Below, piece after piece: positions 9,426 to 22,014 of a stretch of DNA of 64,000 nt. Each line of letters opens with the position of its first letter. The first letter of the stretch is position 1. The DNA is from an uncultured Phycisphaerales bacterium (GTDB taxonomy: Bacteria; Planctomycetota; Phycisphaerae; Tepidisphaerales; Tepidisphaeraceae), in NCBI GenBank assembly GCA_963844715.1, contig CAWJPJ010000007.1, positions 480,001 to 544,000 of the forward strand. Reading direction: 5' to 3'. Under the pieces are notes generated by a model. That model was not told where the DNA came from. It saw nothing but the letters and a program-made list of their open reading frames with translations, and did no database searches. Both the position numbers and the translations under genes were made by a program.

Positions 9426-10495
9426 ATTTCTTCGAGGCGATGTAGATGGGATTCGTAGGAGAGCCTGGGACGCAGAGCCAGGGCGGCGGTTTTCATTTTG
9501 GCGCGGCGATTTGGATCGAGCATTTGGGACATTGCGTCGGCGAGTGCGGGGACATTTTTTGGGTCGGGGAGGACGAAGCCTTCGAGGGCGCCGGTCATGA
9601 TTTCGCAGGCGCCGTTGAAGGCGGTGCTGATGACGGGGAGGCCCATGGCGAGGGATTCGAGGACGACGAGGCTGCAGGAGTCGTAGGAGGTGGGAAGCAC
9701 AAAGAAATCGGCGGCGGAGTAGAAGTCGGCGGGGGATTCGGTGGTTCCGGCGAAGATGACGCGGTCCGAGACGCCGAGACGCTCGGCGAGCTTTTTTGCG
9801 GGGGCGGGGTTGTCGCGGCCGACTATGCAGAGGGCGATTCGATTATCAATCTTAGCGAGGGCTTCGATGGCTTGAGGGAGGCCTTTTTGCCGGAAATGCT
9901 GGGCGATCATCAGGCCGACGGTCTGGCCCGGGCGGAATTTGAAACGCTCGCGCATTTTGCGATCATGTTTGGTTGGATCGAATTTTTGCAGGTCTACGGC
10001 GTTGAAAAGTTTTTCCAAACGGGGGGCGAGATTGGGGTAGCTCTTCAAAATAAATCCCTTCACAAAGTCGGAGAGACAGATGACGCGCGGGGGATTTGGG
10101 CCGGTGAGTAATTTTTCCTCGACCTGGGCGTAGAGGGTTCGCTTGCGATTGAAGCGGTTGAGGAATTTGGAATCGTAGGAGGACTTGGCCATGCCGGCGT
10201 GGGGGTGATAGATGTCGCAGCGGGGGATGGGGAGCATGGAGTGGATGATGCCGTAGGAGTTGGATTGGAAGTGGTCATGCAGAGCGCCGAGGAATTTTTG
10301 GTATTCGCCGGCGCGGGTGGGGGATTTTGCGGGGAGTGGGACGGGTTGTACGCCGTCAATCGATGCGCCGAATCGGGCGGCGAGGAGGTGGACTTGGTGT
10401 CCGCGTTTGGCGAGGGCGGCGGCGAGGTCGGCGGTGTATCGCTCGGCGCCGCCGCGGGCGGGATCGGCGGAAAAAATCACCAAGGCGATGTTCAC
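9398..10495 (-). CDS. glycosyltransferase family 4 (WaaG/RfaG-like)
   Basis: GGAERY, KGLPQAI, DFFVLPTSYDSCSLVVLESLAMGLPVI. Confidence 0.9.
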   Translation of the reverse strand: MNIALVIFSADPARGGAERYTADLAAALAKRGHQVHLLAARFGASIDGVQPVPLPAKSPTRAGEYQKFLGALHDHFQSNSYGIIHSMLPIPRCDIYHPHAGMAKSSYDSKFLNRFNRKRTLYAQVEEKLLTGPNPPRVICLSDFVKGFILKSYPNLAPRLEKLFNAVDLQKFDPTKHDRKMRERFKFRPGQTVGLMIAQHFRQKGLPQAIEALAKIDNRIALCIVGRDNPAPAKKLAERLGVSDRVIFAGTTESPADFYSAADFFVLPTSYDSCSLVVLESLAMGLPVISTAFNGACEIMTGALEGFVLPDPKNVPALADAMSQMLDPNRRAKMKTAALALRPRLSYESHLHRLEEIYSLSHRAH

Positions 10496-10546
10496 GCCGG
10501 AGGAGGTTACGCCGGTGGTGGGATGCAGGCAACTTGCGGGGGGCGG

Positions 10547-11635
10547 TCAGCTTTGTGGCTCCGGAGTGTGAAAATATCGTTTCAATCTGAGGATCGGCTG
10601 CTCGAAGAAATGCCAACTTAGCCAGGCGATGGCGATTGACGCGGCGACGGCGGTGATCAGGCGAAGGGCCTCGGAGGCGATGTATCGGTTGCAGAGCGCG
10701 ATGATGAGGGAGTGCACGACGTAGAGGCAATAGCTGTATTTTCCGAAGAATCTCAGGAAGCGCGAGGTCATGATTCGCCAGGGGTTGGCAACGTTCATGG
10801 CGACGACGCCGGCGAAGGCGACGGCGGTCACGGTGTATCCGATGGTTTGGGCGGGGAAAGAATCGGGCGTGTAATGGGGGATTAAAAACGGCAAGGCGAA
10901 TAGGAGAATTAGGCCCACGATTGCCATGGGCGTGGCGTAAGTCGGCTGTCCCATGCGCAGGCGAATCGCAACCCAGCCGCCGAGGGCCAAGCCGTCAAAG
11001 CGGCAAAAGGTGAACAGGTACGTAAAGTATGGGTTGGTCCAGACCAGAGCGGAGACGACGCGCAGGGCCAGGGAGAATACGATGGTGCCGAGGCAAATAT
11101 TCGGCAAGGCGCGCTGGCGCGCCAGCGCGATCAGAAGAGGCCAGATGAAATAAAAGTGTTCCTCGATGGCGAGAGACCAGAATGGATCGAAGGGGGCGCA
11201 GATCCATCCTTTGACGGATTCGAGGAGATTGGCGCCGTAGAACCACCACCAGAGTTGGTAGTGGAGGAATCTTGGATAGCCGTCGATGCGGGCTTTGATC
11301 AGCAGGGGGGCGAGGATGAGGGCGAGGGCGAGGAATCCATAATAGACGGGGAAGATGCGGAGGATTCGGCGGGCGTAGAAGTTTCGGAAGTAGTGCTGGC
11401 CGCCGCGGGAGTCGTAGAGGATGCTGGTGATGAGGAAGCCGCTGAGGACGAAGAAGAGTTCGACGCCTAGCCAGCCGTGATGGGAGACTCGGCCTAGGAA
11501 GGAGTTGTCGTAGCGGAGGAGGTGGTAGAAGAGGACGAGGAGGATGGCGAGGCCGCGGATGCCGTCTAGGGCGGGGAGACGGGAGGCGGGCGGGGCCTTT
11601 TTGGGGATCAATTCTGGGGCCCCTGCGAGGTTCAT
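10547..11635 (-). CDS. acyltransferase family 3 (OafA-like O-acyltransferase)
   Basis: LDGIRGLAILLV, GVELFFVLSGFLI, RRILRIFP, WSLAIEEHFY. Confidence 0.92.
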   Translation of the reverse strand: MNLAGAPELIPKKAPPASRLPALDGIRGLAILLVLFYHLLRYDNSFLGRVSHHGWLGVELFFVLSGFLITSILYDSRGGQHYFRNFYARRILRIFPVYYGFLALALILAPLLIKARIDGYPRFLHYQLWWWFYGANLLESVKGWICAPFDPFWSLAIEEHFYFIWPLLIALARQRALPNICLGTIVFSLALRVVSALVWTNPYFTYLFTFCRFDGLALGGWVAIRLRMGQPTYATPMAIVGLILLFALPFLIPHYTPDSFPAQTIGYTVTAVAFAGVVAMNVANPWRIMTSRFLRFFGKYSYCLYVVHSLIIALCNRYIASEALRLITAVAASIAIAWLSWHFFEQPILRLKRYFHTPEPQS

Positions 11636-11718
11636 CGTCGCGAAAGGTTACGGAGCGTATGGGTGGCAGGCAAATTTGGGTGGGGGGTTCGATTTCAGGG
11701 GGCGCGGTGTGGGGGTGG

Positions 11719-11748
11719 GAACGCGGTGCTGCGCACCGCCGCTAAATG
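11719..11748. repeat. REP-like palindromic repeat, copy 1
   Basis: gaacgcggtgctgcgcaccgccgctaaatg, identical to 34683-34712; stem gcggtgc/gcaccgc. Confidence 0.85.
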
Positions 11749-11829
11749 GGGGGATGATCGGTGGCGGTTGTCCCGGCGGTTGGCCGATCTATACTTTCTG
11801 GGCTTAAGTTGTCGGGAAAGCCGTTTTTT

Positions 11830-14800
11830 ATGGTGCGAAAGCCGTTTCTTGATCTGGTGCGGGAGCGCGTCGTCGTCCTTGATGGGGCGATGGGGACGAG
11901 CATCCATACCTATGCCGCTGGATGTGCAGCGGGATTGGTTGGGGAACGAAAACGCGTCGGAGGTGCTCAATCTCACCCGTCCGGACGTGATTCGGGAGAT
12001 TCATGAATCGTTCCTGGCGGTGGGGTGCGATGCGGTGGAGACCAATTCGTTTAATGGGAGCAAGAACGATCTGGCGGAGGCGGATCTTTCGGATCGGGCT
12101 GTTGAGGTGAATCGGATCGCGGCGGAGATTGCGCGGGAGGCTTGCGACAAGTTTGAGAAGGCGGATTCGCCGAAATATGTGATCGGGTCGATCGGGCCGA
12201 CGCGACGGCTGGTGACTCTGGGGCAGATATCGTTTGACGAGCTGGTCGAGAGTTTCTTTCCGGCAGATTTTGGGATTGGTTGCAGGGGGGGGCGGATGTG
12301 TTGCTGATCGAGACGCAGCAGGATTTGCTGGCGATCAAGTGCGGGGTCGCGGCGGCGAATCGGGCGTTTGCCGAAGTCGGGCGGCGCGTGCCGATCATGG
12401 TGCAGGCTTCGTTCGATACGAATAACGGGCAGCAGATGCTTACGGGGGCCGATCCTTCGGCCTTCGTGGCGGCGATTCGGCCTTATGACGAAGTGGATGT
12501 GCTGGGGTTGAACTGCGCGTTTGGGCCGAACGAATTGAGCGAGACGATTCGGTATATCGCGGGGAATTATCCGAAGTTTGTCAGTGCGCTGCCGAACGCG
12601 GGGTTGCCGGTGTTTGTGAATGGGAAGGCGCATTTTCCGATGAAGCCGGACGATTACGCCAAGGGCGTGCGGCGATTTATCGGGGAGTTTGGCGTGAACA
12701 TCGTGGGCGGGTGTTGCGGGACGACGCCGGAGCATCTGAAGGCGATTGTGGAGGTTGCGCGGAGCACGCGGCGAGCGGAGCGGGATGTGAAGCCGAAGGC
12801 GCAGGTGTGCAGTTTGGTGACGGCGGTCGATCTGAGGCAGGATACGAGCTATCTGATTGTCGCGGAGCGGACGAACACGAACGGGAGCCGGCAATTCAAG
12901 CGGCTTTTGCAGGAGGATGATTGGGACGGCCTGGTGAGCATGGGGCGGGACGAATTGCGCGATGGGTCGCATCTGCTGGATGTGTGCGTGGATTTTGTGG
13001 GGCGGGACGGCGTGCGGGATATGCACGAGGTGGTGAGCCGCTACGTGAACGCGCTGGCTGCGCCGCTGATGCTGGATAGCACCAATCCGGCGGTGCTGGA
13101 GGCGGGGCTGAAATTGTGCGGCGGGGCGGTGCATCCTGAATTCCATGAATCTGGAGGACGGGGAGGAGCGGGTTGCGCACATTTGCGCGATGGCGAAAAA
13201 ATATCGGCGCGGCGGTTGTGGCGGGGACGATCGACGAGGACAAGCAACAGGCGATGGCGCGGACGGCGGATCGGAAAATTGTCGATCGCCAGGCGGATTC
13301 GCGATCTGTCGGTCGGGAAATTTGGGCTGCAGGACGAGGATCTTTTGTTCGATCCGCTGGTTTTGCCGATCAGCACGGGGATCGAGGAGGATCGGCGGAA
13401 CGCGCTGGAGACGATCGAGGGGACGCGGCGGATCATGACGGAGTTGCCGCGGTGCAATACCGTGGTCGGATTGTCGAACGTCAGTTTCGGGCTGAAGCCG
13501 GCGGCGCGCGTGGTGCTGAATAGCTGCTTCCTGAATGAGCTTTGCCAGGCGGGGTTGACGGCGGCGATTGTGCATGCGTCGAAAATTTTGCCGCGGAATC
13601 GGATTCCGGACGAGCAGTGGAACGCGGCGCTGGATTTGATTTACGACCGGCGGCGGGAGGGGTTTGATCCGCTGACGGCTTTTATTTCGCTCTTTCCGGA
13701 AGGCTCGGAAGCGCCGAAGGAAGTGGCGCGGGACGATTCGCCGATCGAGGAGAAACTCAAGCGGCACATCATCGACGGGGAGAAGCGGGACTTGGTTCTG
13801 CATCTTCAGGAGGCGCTGCAGAAATATCCGCCGCTGGAGATCATCAACAACATTTTGCTCGAGGGGATGAAGGTGGTGGGGGAACTATTCGGGAGCGGGC
13901 AGATGCAGCTTCCGTTTGTGCTTCAGAGCGCCGAGACGATGAAGGCGGCGGTGGCGCATCTGGAGCCGCTGATGGAAAAAGCGGAAGGACAATCGCGAGG
14001 GAAGATCGTGCTGGCGACGGTCAAGGGAGATGTTCACGACATCGGGAAGAACCTGGTGGACATCATCCTGACCAACAACGGGTACACGGTATATAACCTG
14101 GGGATCAAGCAGCCGGTGCATGACATCATTCGGGCGGCGATTGAAAAGCGCGCGGACGCGATCGGGATGAGCGGGCTTTTGGTGAAGAGCGTCGCGGTGA
14201 TGAAGGAGAATCTCGAGGAATTGAACGCGCAGGGGATGAAGATTCCGGTCCTGCTGGGCGGGGCGGCGCTGACGCGCGATTACGCGGAGGACACGCTGGC
14301 GGAGCTTTATGGCGGGCCGCTGCTTTATTGCAAGGATGCGTTTGAAGGCTTGTCGGCGATGGATCAGATCGCGACGGGGGAGATTACCTCGGCGGTGCAG
14401 ACCCAGCGGCAGCGGGCGCAGCGGCGGAAGGAATTGCGGGCTCGGAGCGAGGAGAAGTTTGGGGCGATCATCGCGGGTTCGGGATCGGGCGAGTCCTCGG
14501 TGGCGCGGGACAACCCGGTGCCGGCGCCGCCGTTCTGGGGGGGCGTGGCGGTGAAGGAGATTTCGCCGCGGCTGGTTTTTCCGTTTATCAATAAGACGGC
14601 GCTGTATACCGGGCAATGGGGATTCAAGCAGAAGGGAGCGAAGGGGGAGGAGTATCGGAAGCTGCTCGATGAGAAGGCGGAGCCGGTGTTTGAGGCGCTG
14701 GTGAAGAGGGGGATTGCGGAGAAGCTGATTCAGCCGAAGGTGGTTTACGGATATTTTCCGGTGCAATCGGATGGGGACGATCTGATCGTTTACCGGCCGG

Positions 14801-15342
14801 AGGAGTTTGAGACGGGGAAAACGTTGCCGAACGGCGCGGCGAAGGAATGGCTGCGGTTTTCGTTCCCGCGCCAGACGGGGCGGCGGCGGCTTTGCATCGC
14901 GGATTTCTTCCGGGCGCGAAAGTCGGGGGAATTTGATGTGCTGGGCGTGCAGCTTGTGACGGTGGGGGATGCGGCGACGCAGGCGGCGGAGGCGCTGCGC
15001 AAGAGCGATCGGTATCAGGATTATCTTTACCTGCATGGATTCGGCGTGGAGTCGGCGGAAGCGTTGGCGGAATATTGGCACAAGCGGATGAGGCAGGAAC
15101 TGGGGTTCGGGAGCGAGGACGCCGACACGGTCGAGCAGCTCTTTCATCAGGGATATCGAGGGAGCCGGTATAGCTTGGGGTATCCGGCGTGCCCGAATCT
15201 GGAAGACCGCGCGAAGATTGTGGAATTGTTGCCGGTGAATGAGATTAGCGTGCAACTGACGGAGAATTTCATGCTGGTGCCGGAACAGTCGACCGATGCT
15301 TTGGTTGTACACCATCCTCAGGCGAAGTATTTCGACGCGTAA
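11830..15342 (+). CDS. metH: cobalamin-dependent methionine synthase (several frameshifts)
   Basis: VLDGAMGT, GLNCAFGP, GGCCGTTP, ATVKGDVHDIGKNLV (B12-binding), RYSLGYPACPNL. Confidence 0.96.
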
Positions 15343-15369
15343 ATGGGCTGGGGAAGACGGGCGGACGTC

Positions 15370-16531
15370 ATGAGCAAAACGGGGCGCAACGAACCAACGC
15401 TGCTGCTTTCGGCGGTTCTTTGTGTGGTGTTGGTTGTGTTAATGGGGTGGCTGCGGCTGGGGGTTTTTGGGCAAGCGGCGCTGCCGGTGGGGTATGCGGT
15501 GCCGGTGGTGATCGCGGCATGGACGCGGCGGCGGGCGCTGTTTTGGGGCGTAGTCGCGGCGTTTGCGATTCTGACGGTTTGGAAATTCGGGGTTCAACTG
15601 AACGAAATAACGCCGGCGCGGGTCACCCAGCACATCTGGGCGGGAGCGGCGGTTTTGGTGGACCTGTTTTTGACGGCGATGTTGGTGGATCTCTTTTTCA
15701 AGAGCCGGCTGGCTTCGATTCGGCAGCGCGAGGAGATTTCGGCGCAGAACGAGCGGCTGAAGGCGCAGGCGGCGGAATTGGAAATGAGGGAGCGGGAATC
15801 GATCGAAAAACGCCGGGCGGCGGAGGAGAGCTCGATCCGCAAGAGCCGGTTCCTGGCGGCGGCGAGCCACGATATTCGCACGCCGGCGAATGCGATCGGA
15901 TTGCTGGCGGAACTGATTCAGCGATCGGCGCGTCGATCCGGCGGCGCAGGGGGAAGTGCCGGAGCTGGCGATGGAAATCCAAAAAAGTTCACTGGGCCTG
16001 GCGGAGTTGGTGGGGGATATTTTGGATTTGTCGCGGCTGGATCTGGGCGTGATCGAGATGAATCCGGTGGAGTTCGATCTGGGGACGTGGCTGGCGGAAG
16101 AGAGCGTAAAACTTCAGCCGCTGGCGGAAGGGAAGCACCTGGGGTTCGAATGCAGTCCGCCGGTGCGGCCGGTGAGGATGTGGTGCGACCAGATCAAGCT
16201 GGGACGGGTAATCACGAATCTCATCGGCAACGCCGTGAAATATACGCAGCAAGGGGATGTGAAGGTTTGCGCGGATGTTTCGGACGGGTGGGTGCGGATC
16301 GCGGTCCGCGATACGGGGATTGGAATTGCGCCGGAATATCAGGGCAGGATTTTCGACGAATATTTCCAGTTGAAAAATCCCGAGCGCGATCGGAACAAGG
16401 GGACGGGGCTGGGTCTATCGATCAGCAGGCGTTTGCTCGACGCGATGGGAGGGACATTGACGGTGGAGAGCGCCCAGGGGAAGGGGAGCACGTTCACGGT
16501 GTCGCTCCCGGCGAGGATGATTGTCGGATAA
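15370..16531 (+). CDS. membrane-bound sensor histidine kinase (frameshift ~15935)
   Basis: N-terminal TM helices; FLAAASHDIRTPAN H-box, NLIGNAVKYT, DTGIGI, GTGLGLSI. Confidence 0.9.
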
Positions 16532-16544
16532 GCTTACTGGCTCG

Positions 16545-17324
16545 ATGGAGGCCGCGGGCGTTCAATTTCATGTGATGGGGGAGTATCTGGCGGGGCAGGT
16601 CCGGACCCGATGGGTGGAGAGCGCGCGGGCGAAAATCCCTGAGTTGGAATTGGAAATTGAGCGGAATTGGGAGACGGCGCTGCGCGGCCGGGGGTGCGGC
16701 TGTTTGATCTGCCGATGTGCAGGCTGGAGGGGTTCGGGGCCGATGCGGAATTGCAACTGACGCTGAGTTTGACGAGCTATAAGGCATTTGTCGGGACGCA
16801 TTACTGCGATACCAAAATTGTGGAGCGATATGGGCGTGAGGCGGTTGGCTTATGCGATGGGGATGAGCGCCGTTGTGCAGAGCGCGGATGGTTTTTTCCT
16901 GCTGGGGCGGCGGAACGCGTCGGTGGCGCATTACGCGAATCGGGTGCATACGTTTGCGGGAACGCTGGAGCCGGAGGAGGCGGGGGATGTGTTTGGGGCG
17001 ATCGCGCGGGAATTGGATGAGGAATTGCACTTGTCGGTGCGGGAAATGTCGGGGATGGTCTGCCTGGGACTCGTGGAGGATGAGTCGATCCACCAGCCGG
17101 AGCTGGTTTTTGACGCGGTGTCAATGCTGAAGCGGGATGAGATCACGGGGCGATTGGATCAGAGCGAGCACAGCGGGCTGGTTTGCGTCGAGGCGCGGGG
17201 AGATCGGGTCCGGGAAATGGTTTCGGATCCGGAGCTGACGCCGGTGGCGCGGGCGGGGCTGCTTTTTTGCGGAAGGAAGCGGTTTGGCGCGGCGTGGTTT
17301 GACGAAGCGGTCGCGGGCGGCTAA
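16545..17324 (+). CDS. Nudix-fold hydrolase-like protein (frameshifted)
   Basis: SADGFFLLGRR...AGTLEPEEAGDVFGAIARELDEELHL degenerate Nudix box. Confidence 0.65.
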
Positions 17325-17336
17325 GGTGCGGGAATC

Positions 17337-18154
17337 ATGAATTGGCCTGAGGATTTGAAAACGGCGGTGGGTGTGGCGCGTGACGCGGGGCGACTCGTGT
17401 TGGAAAAGTACGGGAAGGTAGCGCGGCTGACCAAGCGGCACGAAGAGGCGGTCAGCGAGGCGGATCGGGCGAGCCAGCGATTGATCGTGGCGGGGCTGAA
17501 GGCGAAATTTCCGACGGATGGAATTGTCGGCGAGGAGAACGACACGGGAGACGCGATCACGTACGAGGTGCGCGATCCGATGGGGCGGAACTGGGTGATC
17601 GATCCGATCGATGGAACGAACAATTATCTCGGCGGGCTGGGGATTTTCGCGGTGAGCATCGGACTGCTGACGGCGGGAGAGGCAGTGCTGGGGGTGGTTC
17701 ACGATGTCACGCGCGGGCAGACTTATGCGGCGGCGCGCGGGTTTGGGGCGTGGCTGGACGATCGGCCGATCAAGGCGCTGGAAACACCGATGGGGAGCAA
17801 CGCGATTCTCATGCTGACGAGCAATCTGCTGGATGCGAGCGGGAAGCTGCCGGCGTGGGCGACGCGGTGGATCGGTCAGACGGATTGGAAACTTCGCATT
17901 CTGGGCTCGGCGGCGCTGGAGGCGGCGCACGTGGCCGGGGGGCGTGGCGCACGGGGCAATCACATTGAACGGAAAGCTGTGGGACGTCGCGGCGCCGGCG
18001 GCGATTGTGCTCGAAGCGGGTGGGGTGGTGAGCGATCCCGGGGGGAAGAAGATTTTTCCATATCGATCTGAGGGGGTATTCGGGGGCGAAAGTTCCATTT
18101 CTGGCGGCGGGGAATCGGGCGCATGGGGAATTGTTGGAAGAGATCAATCGATAA
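17337..18154 (+). CDS. inositol monophosphatase family protein (frameshifts after ~17940)
   Basis: VSEADRASQ, GIVGEE, WVIDPIDGTNNY, RILGSAAL, LWDVAA. Confidence 0.92.
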
Positions 18155-18227
18155 CGATTTATCATCCGAAAACGTTGCAAACTGGGTGGTCGCAAAAGTT
18201 TTTGATCTCGTGTAATATTCTGCGTGT

Positions 18228-19818
18228 ATGCCGAAGATTACTGTGGATGGGAAAATTATTGAGTGCAAGGACCGGCAGATGGTCTTGCAGGCGTGCCTGG
18301 ATGGGGGGCATTTGCATCCCGTCTTATTGCTATCACCAGGGGCTATCGATTCCGGCTTCGTGTCGAATTTGTCTGGTTGAAGTCGAGGGGATTCCGAAGT
18401 TGGTGCCGTCTTGTCAGACGCCGGTGCGGGATGGGATGGTGGTGCATTCGAGATCTCCCAAGGCGGTGGCGAATCAGAAGCAGGTGATGGAGTATCTGCT
18501 GATCAATCATCCGCTGGATTGTCCGGTATGCGATCAGGCGGGGGAATGCTCGCTTCAGGATTACTCATATAAATACGGCAGAAGCGAATCGCGATTTGAG
18601 GAAGACAAGGCGAAGAAGCCTAAGAAGGACGTTGGGGAGGGTATTTATTTGTATGCGGACCGGTGCATCATGTGCACGCGGTGCGTGCGGTTTACGCGCG
18701 AGGTTTCGGGGACGAGCGAGATTTACGTTGACGGGCGCGGGTTTCAGGAGGAGATCGATATTTTCCCGGGGAGGCCGTGCAATAACAAACTGGCGGGGAA
18801 CGTTGTGGATTTGTGCCCGGTGGGGGCGCTGCTGGATAAGGATTTTTTGTTCAAGCAGCGTGTATGGTTATTGAAGCAGACGCCGTCGATTTCGCCGGTG
18901 GATAGCGGGGGGGAGAACATTTATCTGGAACATAATGAAGGGGTCGTGTATCGGATCAAGCCGCGCGAGAATATGGAAGTGAATGGGTTTTGGATCAGCG
19001 ACGACACGCGGTACTCGTACAAGATCATCGCGGATGAAAAGAGATTGAAGAAGGCGATGGTCAAGGAACATGCGCGCCTTCGCCGGCGGGATTTTCGGGG
19101 GCGGTGAAGACCGCCGCGGAAAAACTGCGAGAGATCGCGGCGCAAGGGGAGGGGGGGCTGTACGCGGTCTTGTCGCCGATGATGGCTTGCGAAGAGGCGT
19201 ATTTGCTTGGCAAGGCGATCCGAGAAATGGATCCGCAGGCGCTGCTTGTGCTTGGGCCGGTGCCGGGCGGGGCGGATGAGGTCTTCAAGCATTCGCAGAC
19301 GGGGAAACAGACTTTTGTGATCAAGGGAGAGAAGGTTCCGAATGCGGCGGGGATTCGCCGGGTGCTTGCGATGCTCGGCGGTCCGACGGCGACGTATGAG
19401 GAATTTGTCAAGTGGAGCCCACGCGAATCTTCGCGGGGGCTGGATCGTGGGGGGATATTTGTCGCCTTGGATTGGCGCCGAATTGCCTGCGGTCTTCCGG
19501 AGTGGATTCAAGGTCGTGCAGGATTTGCTGCCCAGCAGCCTGACGGAATCGGCGGATGTGCTGATTCCTGGGGCCGCGTGGGCGGAGAAAGAAGGATGCT
19601 GGGAAAATTACGCCGGGAAAATGCAGCCTTTCGAGGCGGCGGTGGCGCCGCCCGAGGGCGTTCGGCGGGACGGGGATGTGTATATGACGCTTTTCGGCCG
19701 GCAGGGGCTTTATCATGCGGAGACGATTCGCCGGGATATGGGCGGGGCGTTCGCGGAGGTGAAGCTGCCCGGTTCGACCGCGAAAGCCCATGCGCCGATG
19801 GAGTTTGTAGCGCTTTAA
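18228..19818 (+). CDS. nuoG: NADH-quinone oxidoreductase subunit G (short form, frameshifted)
   Basis: MPKITVDG, YCYHQGLSIPASCRICLVE, NHPLDCPVCDQAGECSLQD, RCIMCTRCVRF, CPVGAL. Confidence 0.9.
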
Positions 19819-19831
19819 ATGGATTGATTCG

Positions 19832-21248
19832 ATGCTCGAGTGGATTTCGACACATATTCCGCCGTGGCTGTTTATTTTGCTGGTGGCGCACTTTGCGATT
19901 CTGGGGACGGTTGCGTATCTGATTCTGCTGGAGCGGAAGATTGCCAGTTGGGTGCAGGACCGGATCGGGCCGAATCGGGTTGGGTTGGGATTTGGAATTA
20001 TTCCGGTATTGAAGGATTTTCATTTTTGGGGATTCGGGCAGCCACTGGCGGATGGGTTGAAATTCATTGTGAAGGAAGACTATCGGCCTTCGCACGTGGA
20101 CAAGGTGCTGTTCACGATTGCACCCGGGTTCATGATTTTGGTGATTATCATCAGCATCGCGGTTCTGCCGTGGGGCGGGACGATGCAGTCGAAGCGGACG
20201 ATCACGATACCGGCGGGGACGGCGGATGTGACGCAGTATGCGCGGGACCATCTGACGCTGGGGTCGAGATTGATCGGGTCGCCGGTGCCGGTGGACGGGA
20301 CGACGGACCAGTACACGATCACGTACCGGTATGAATTTCAGATCGCGACTTTGAACATCGGCGTGCTGTTCATTCTGGCGGTTTTGTCGCTGGCGGTTTA
20401 TGGCGTGGTGATCGGCGGGTGGGCGAGCAACAACAAATATTCGTTCCTGGGGGGATTGCGGGCGACTACGAACATGATTTCGTACGAAATCCCGCTCGGT
20501 CTGGCGGTGCTGTGCATCGTGCTGATGTACGGGTCGCTGGATCTGAACACGATCGTCGTGCGGCAATGCCACGACTGGGGGCATTTCCTTCCGGCGTGGA
20601 ATGTTTTTTCGCAGCCGCTGGTGTTTGTGATGTTTTTGGTGTGCATTCACGCCGAGGCGAATCGGGCGCCGTTCGATCTTGCGGAGGCGGAACAGGAACT
20701 GGTCGGCGGATATCATACGGAATACAGCGCGATGCGATTTGCGTTGTTTTTCCTGGCGGAATATGCGGGGATGATCACGACCAGCGCGGTGTGCGTGGCG
20801 TTGTTTTTCGGGGGGTGGGATTGTCCGGGCTTGCGCGGGCATCCCTCGGACCCGGGCTTGAGCACCAGTCTGATTGTCTGCGTGCTTCGAGCGGTAGTAT
20901 TCTTCGCCAAGACGATCGTGATCATCTTTGTGTTCATGTGGGTTCGATGGAGCCTGCCGCGGTTTCGGTTCGATCAATTGATGATGCTGGCGTGGCGGGC
21001 GCTGATTCCGATCGCGCTGTTCCTGCTGTTGGTGACGGCGGCGGTGGTTTATGTGTTTCATGGCGCCAGTTATGACGATGGATTGCATGGCCCGATGGCG
21101 CGTAACGTTGTTCGGGGCGAATCTGGCGGCGGCGCTGGCGATTCTGGTTGGAAGCCGGTTGATACCGCCCGCGCCGGCGACGAACCGGCGGCTGCAGGTG
21201 ATCGGGAGCCGATATAGTAAGACGCCGCTGCCGGCGGGACTTAATTAA
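19832..21248 (+). CDS. nuoH: NADH-quinone oxidoreductase subunit H (frameshift near C-terminus)
   Basis: LERKIASWVQDRIGPNRVG, QPLADGLKFIVKE, GWASNNKY, NRAPFDLAEAEQELVGGYHTEYS, PRFRFDQLM. Confidence 0.95.
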
Positions 21249-21262
21249 TCGCGAGATGTCAA

Positions 21263-21799
21263 ATGAAAGATTCAGACGTGATCATGCTGGAGGAGCCGAA
21301 GCTTTCGGTTCCGGACCAGTTTTACCTGCCGCAGGTTTTGATCGGGCTGGGGACGACGATGAAGCACATGTTCAACGTCGTGGTACTGGGGAAGGATCGC
21401 GTCGTTCAATATCCGGAAGAGAAGCGCGAGGATCTTCCGGTTGAAAAAGGGGGAATGAATCTGCGGACGTATCGCGGGGTACACCGGCTGAACAAGGACG
21501 AAGAGGGGCGAGTGAAGTGCGTGGCGTGCTTTATGTGCTCGACGGCGTGCCCGGCACAGTGCATCCACATCGAGGCCGCCGAAAGCCCATGGCAGGACCG
21601 AGAGAAATATCCCGCCAAATTCGACATTGACGAATTACGTTGCATCTATTGCGGCATGTGCGAGGAGGCATGTCCGGTGGATGCGATCGAACTGACGCAC
21701 TCCTATGACATTGTCGGACTTACCCGCCAGGAAATGATTTTCGACAAATCGAAGCTGCTGCAGATTTTTGACGAAACGGTCAAAAACGAGCCGATGTAG
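21263..21799 (+). CDS. nuoI: NADH-quinone oxidoreductase subunit I
   Basis: QYPEEKR, CVACFMCSTACP and CIYCGMCEEACP ferredoxin motifs. Confidence 0.95.
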   Translation: MKDSDVIMLEEPKLSVPDQFYLPQVLIGLGTTMKHMFNVVVLGKDRVVQYPEEKREDLPVEKGGMNLRTYRGVHRLNKDEEGRVKCVACFMCSTACPAQCIHIEAAESPWQDREKYPAKFDIDELRCIYCGMCEEACPVDAIELTHSYDIVGLTRQEMIFDKSKLLQIFDETVKNEPM

Positions 21800-22014
21800 G
21801 CCGCCCCCTCGCAGGTCCCGCAATAAGAGGGGAATTGGGGCAAAAAAACGCAAATCCGGGGTTCCAAATCGCCGAAATAAACGGGTATCTTCGCCGTTAT
21901 TAATGCGGTGGAGGCGCAGGGGGGTCCGGCAGAGGCCGTGGGACAAACCTGCGAAGATTTTCGGGTCTAATATTAGTGAGGAGCATAGGTATGTTTCCGT
22001 TATTGAGACGAGCG

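Noticed and set aside
11636..11829. SAM or cobalamin riboswitch before metH
   Set aside because: No consensus visible; the region holds G runs and a REP-like repeat.
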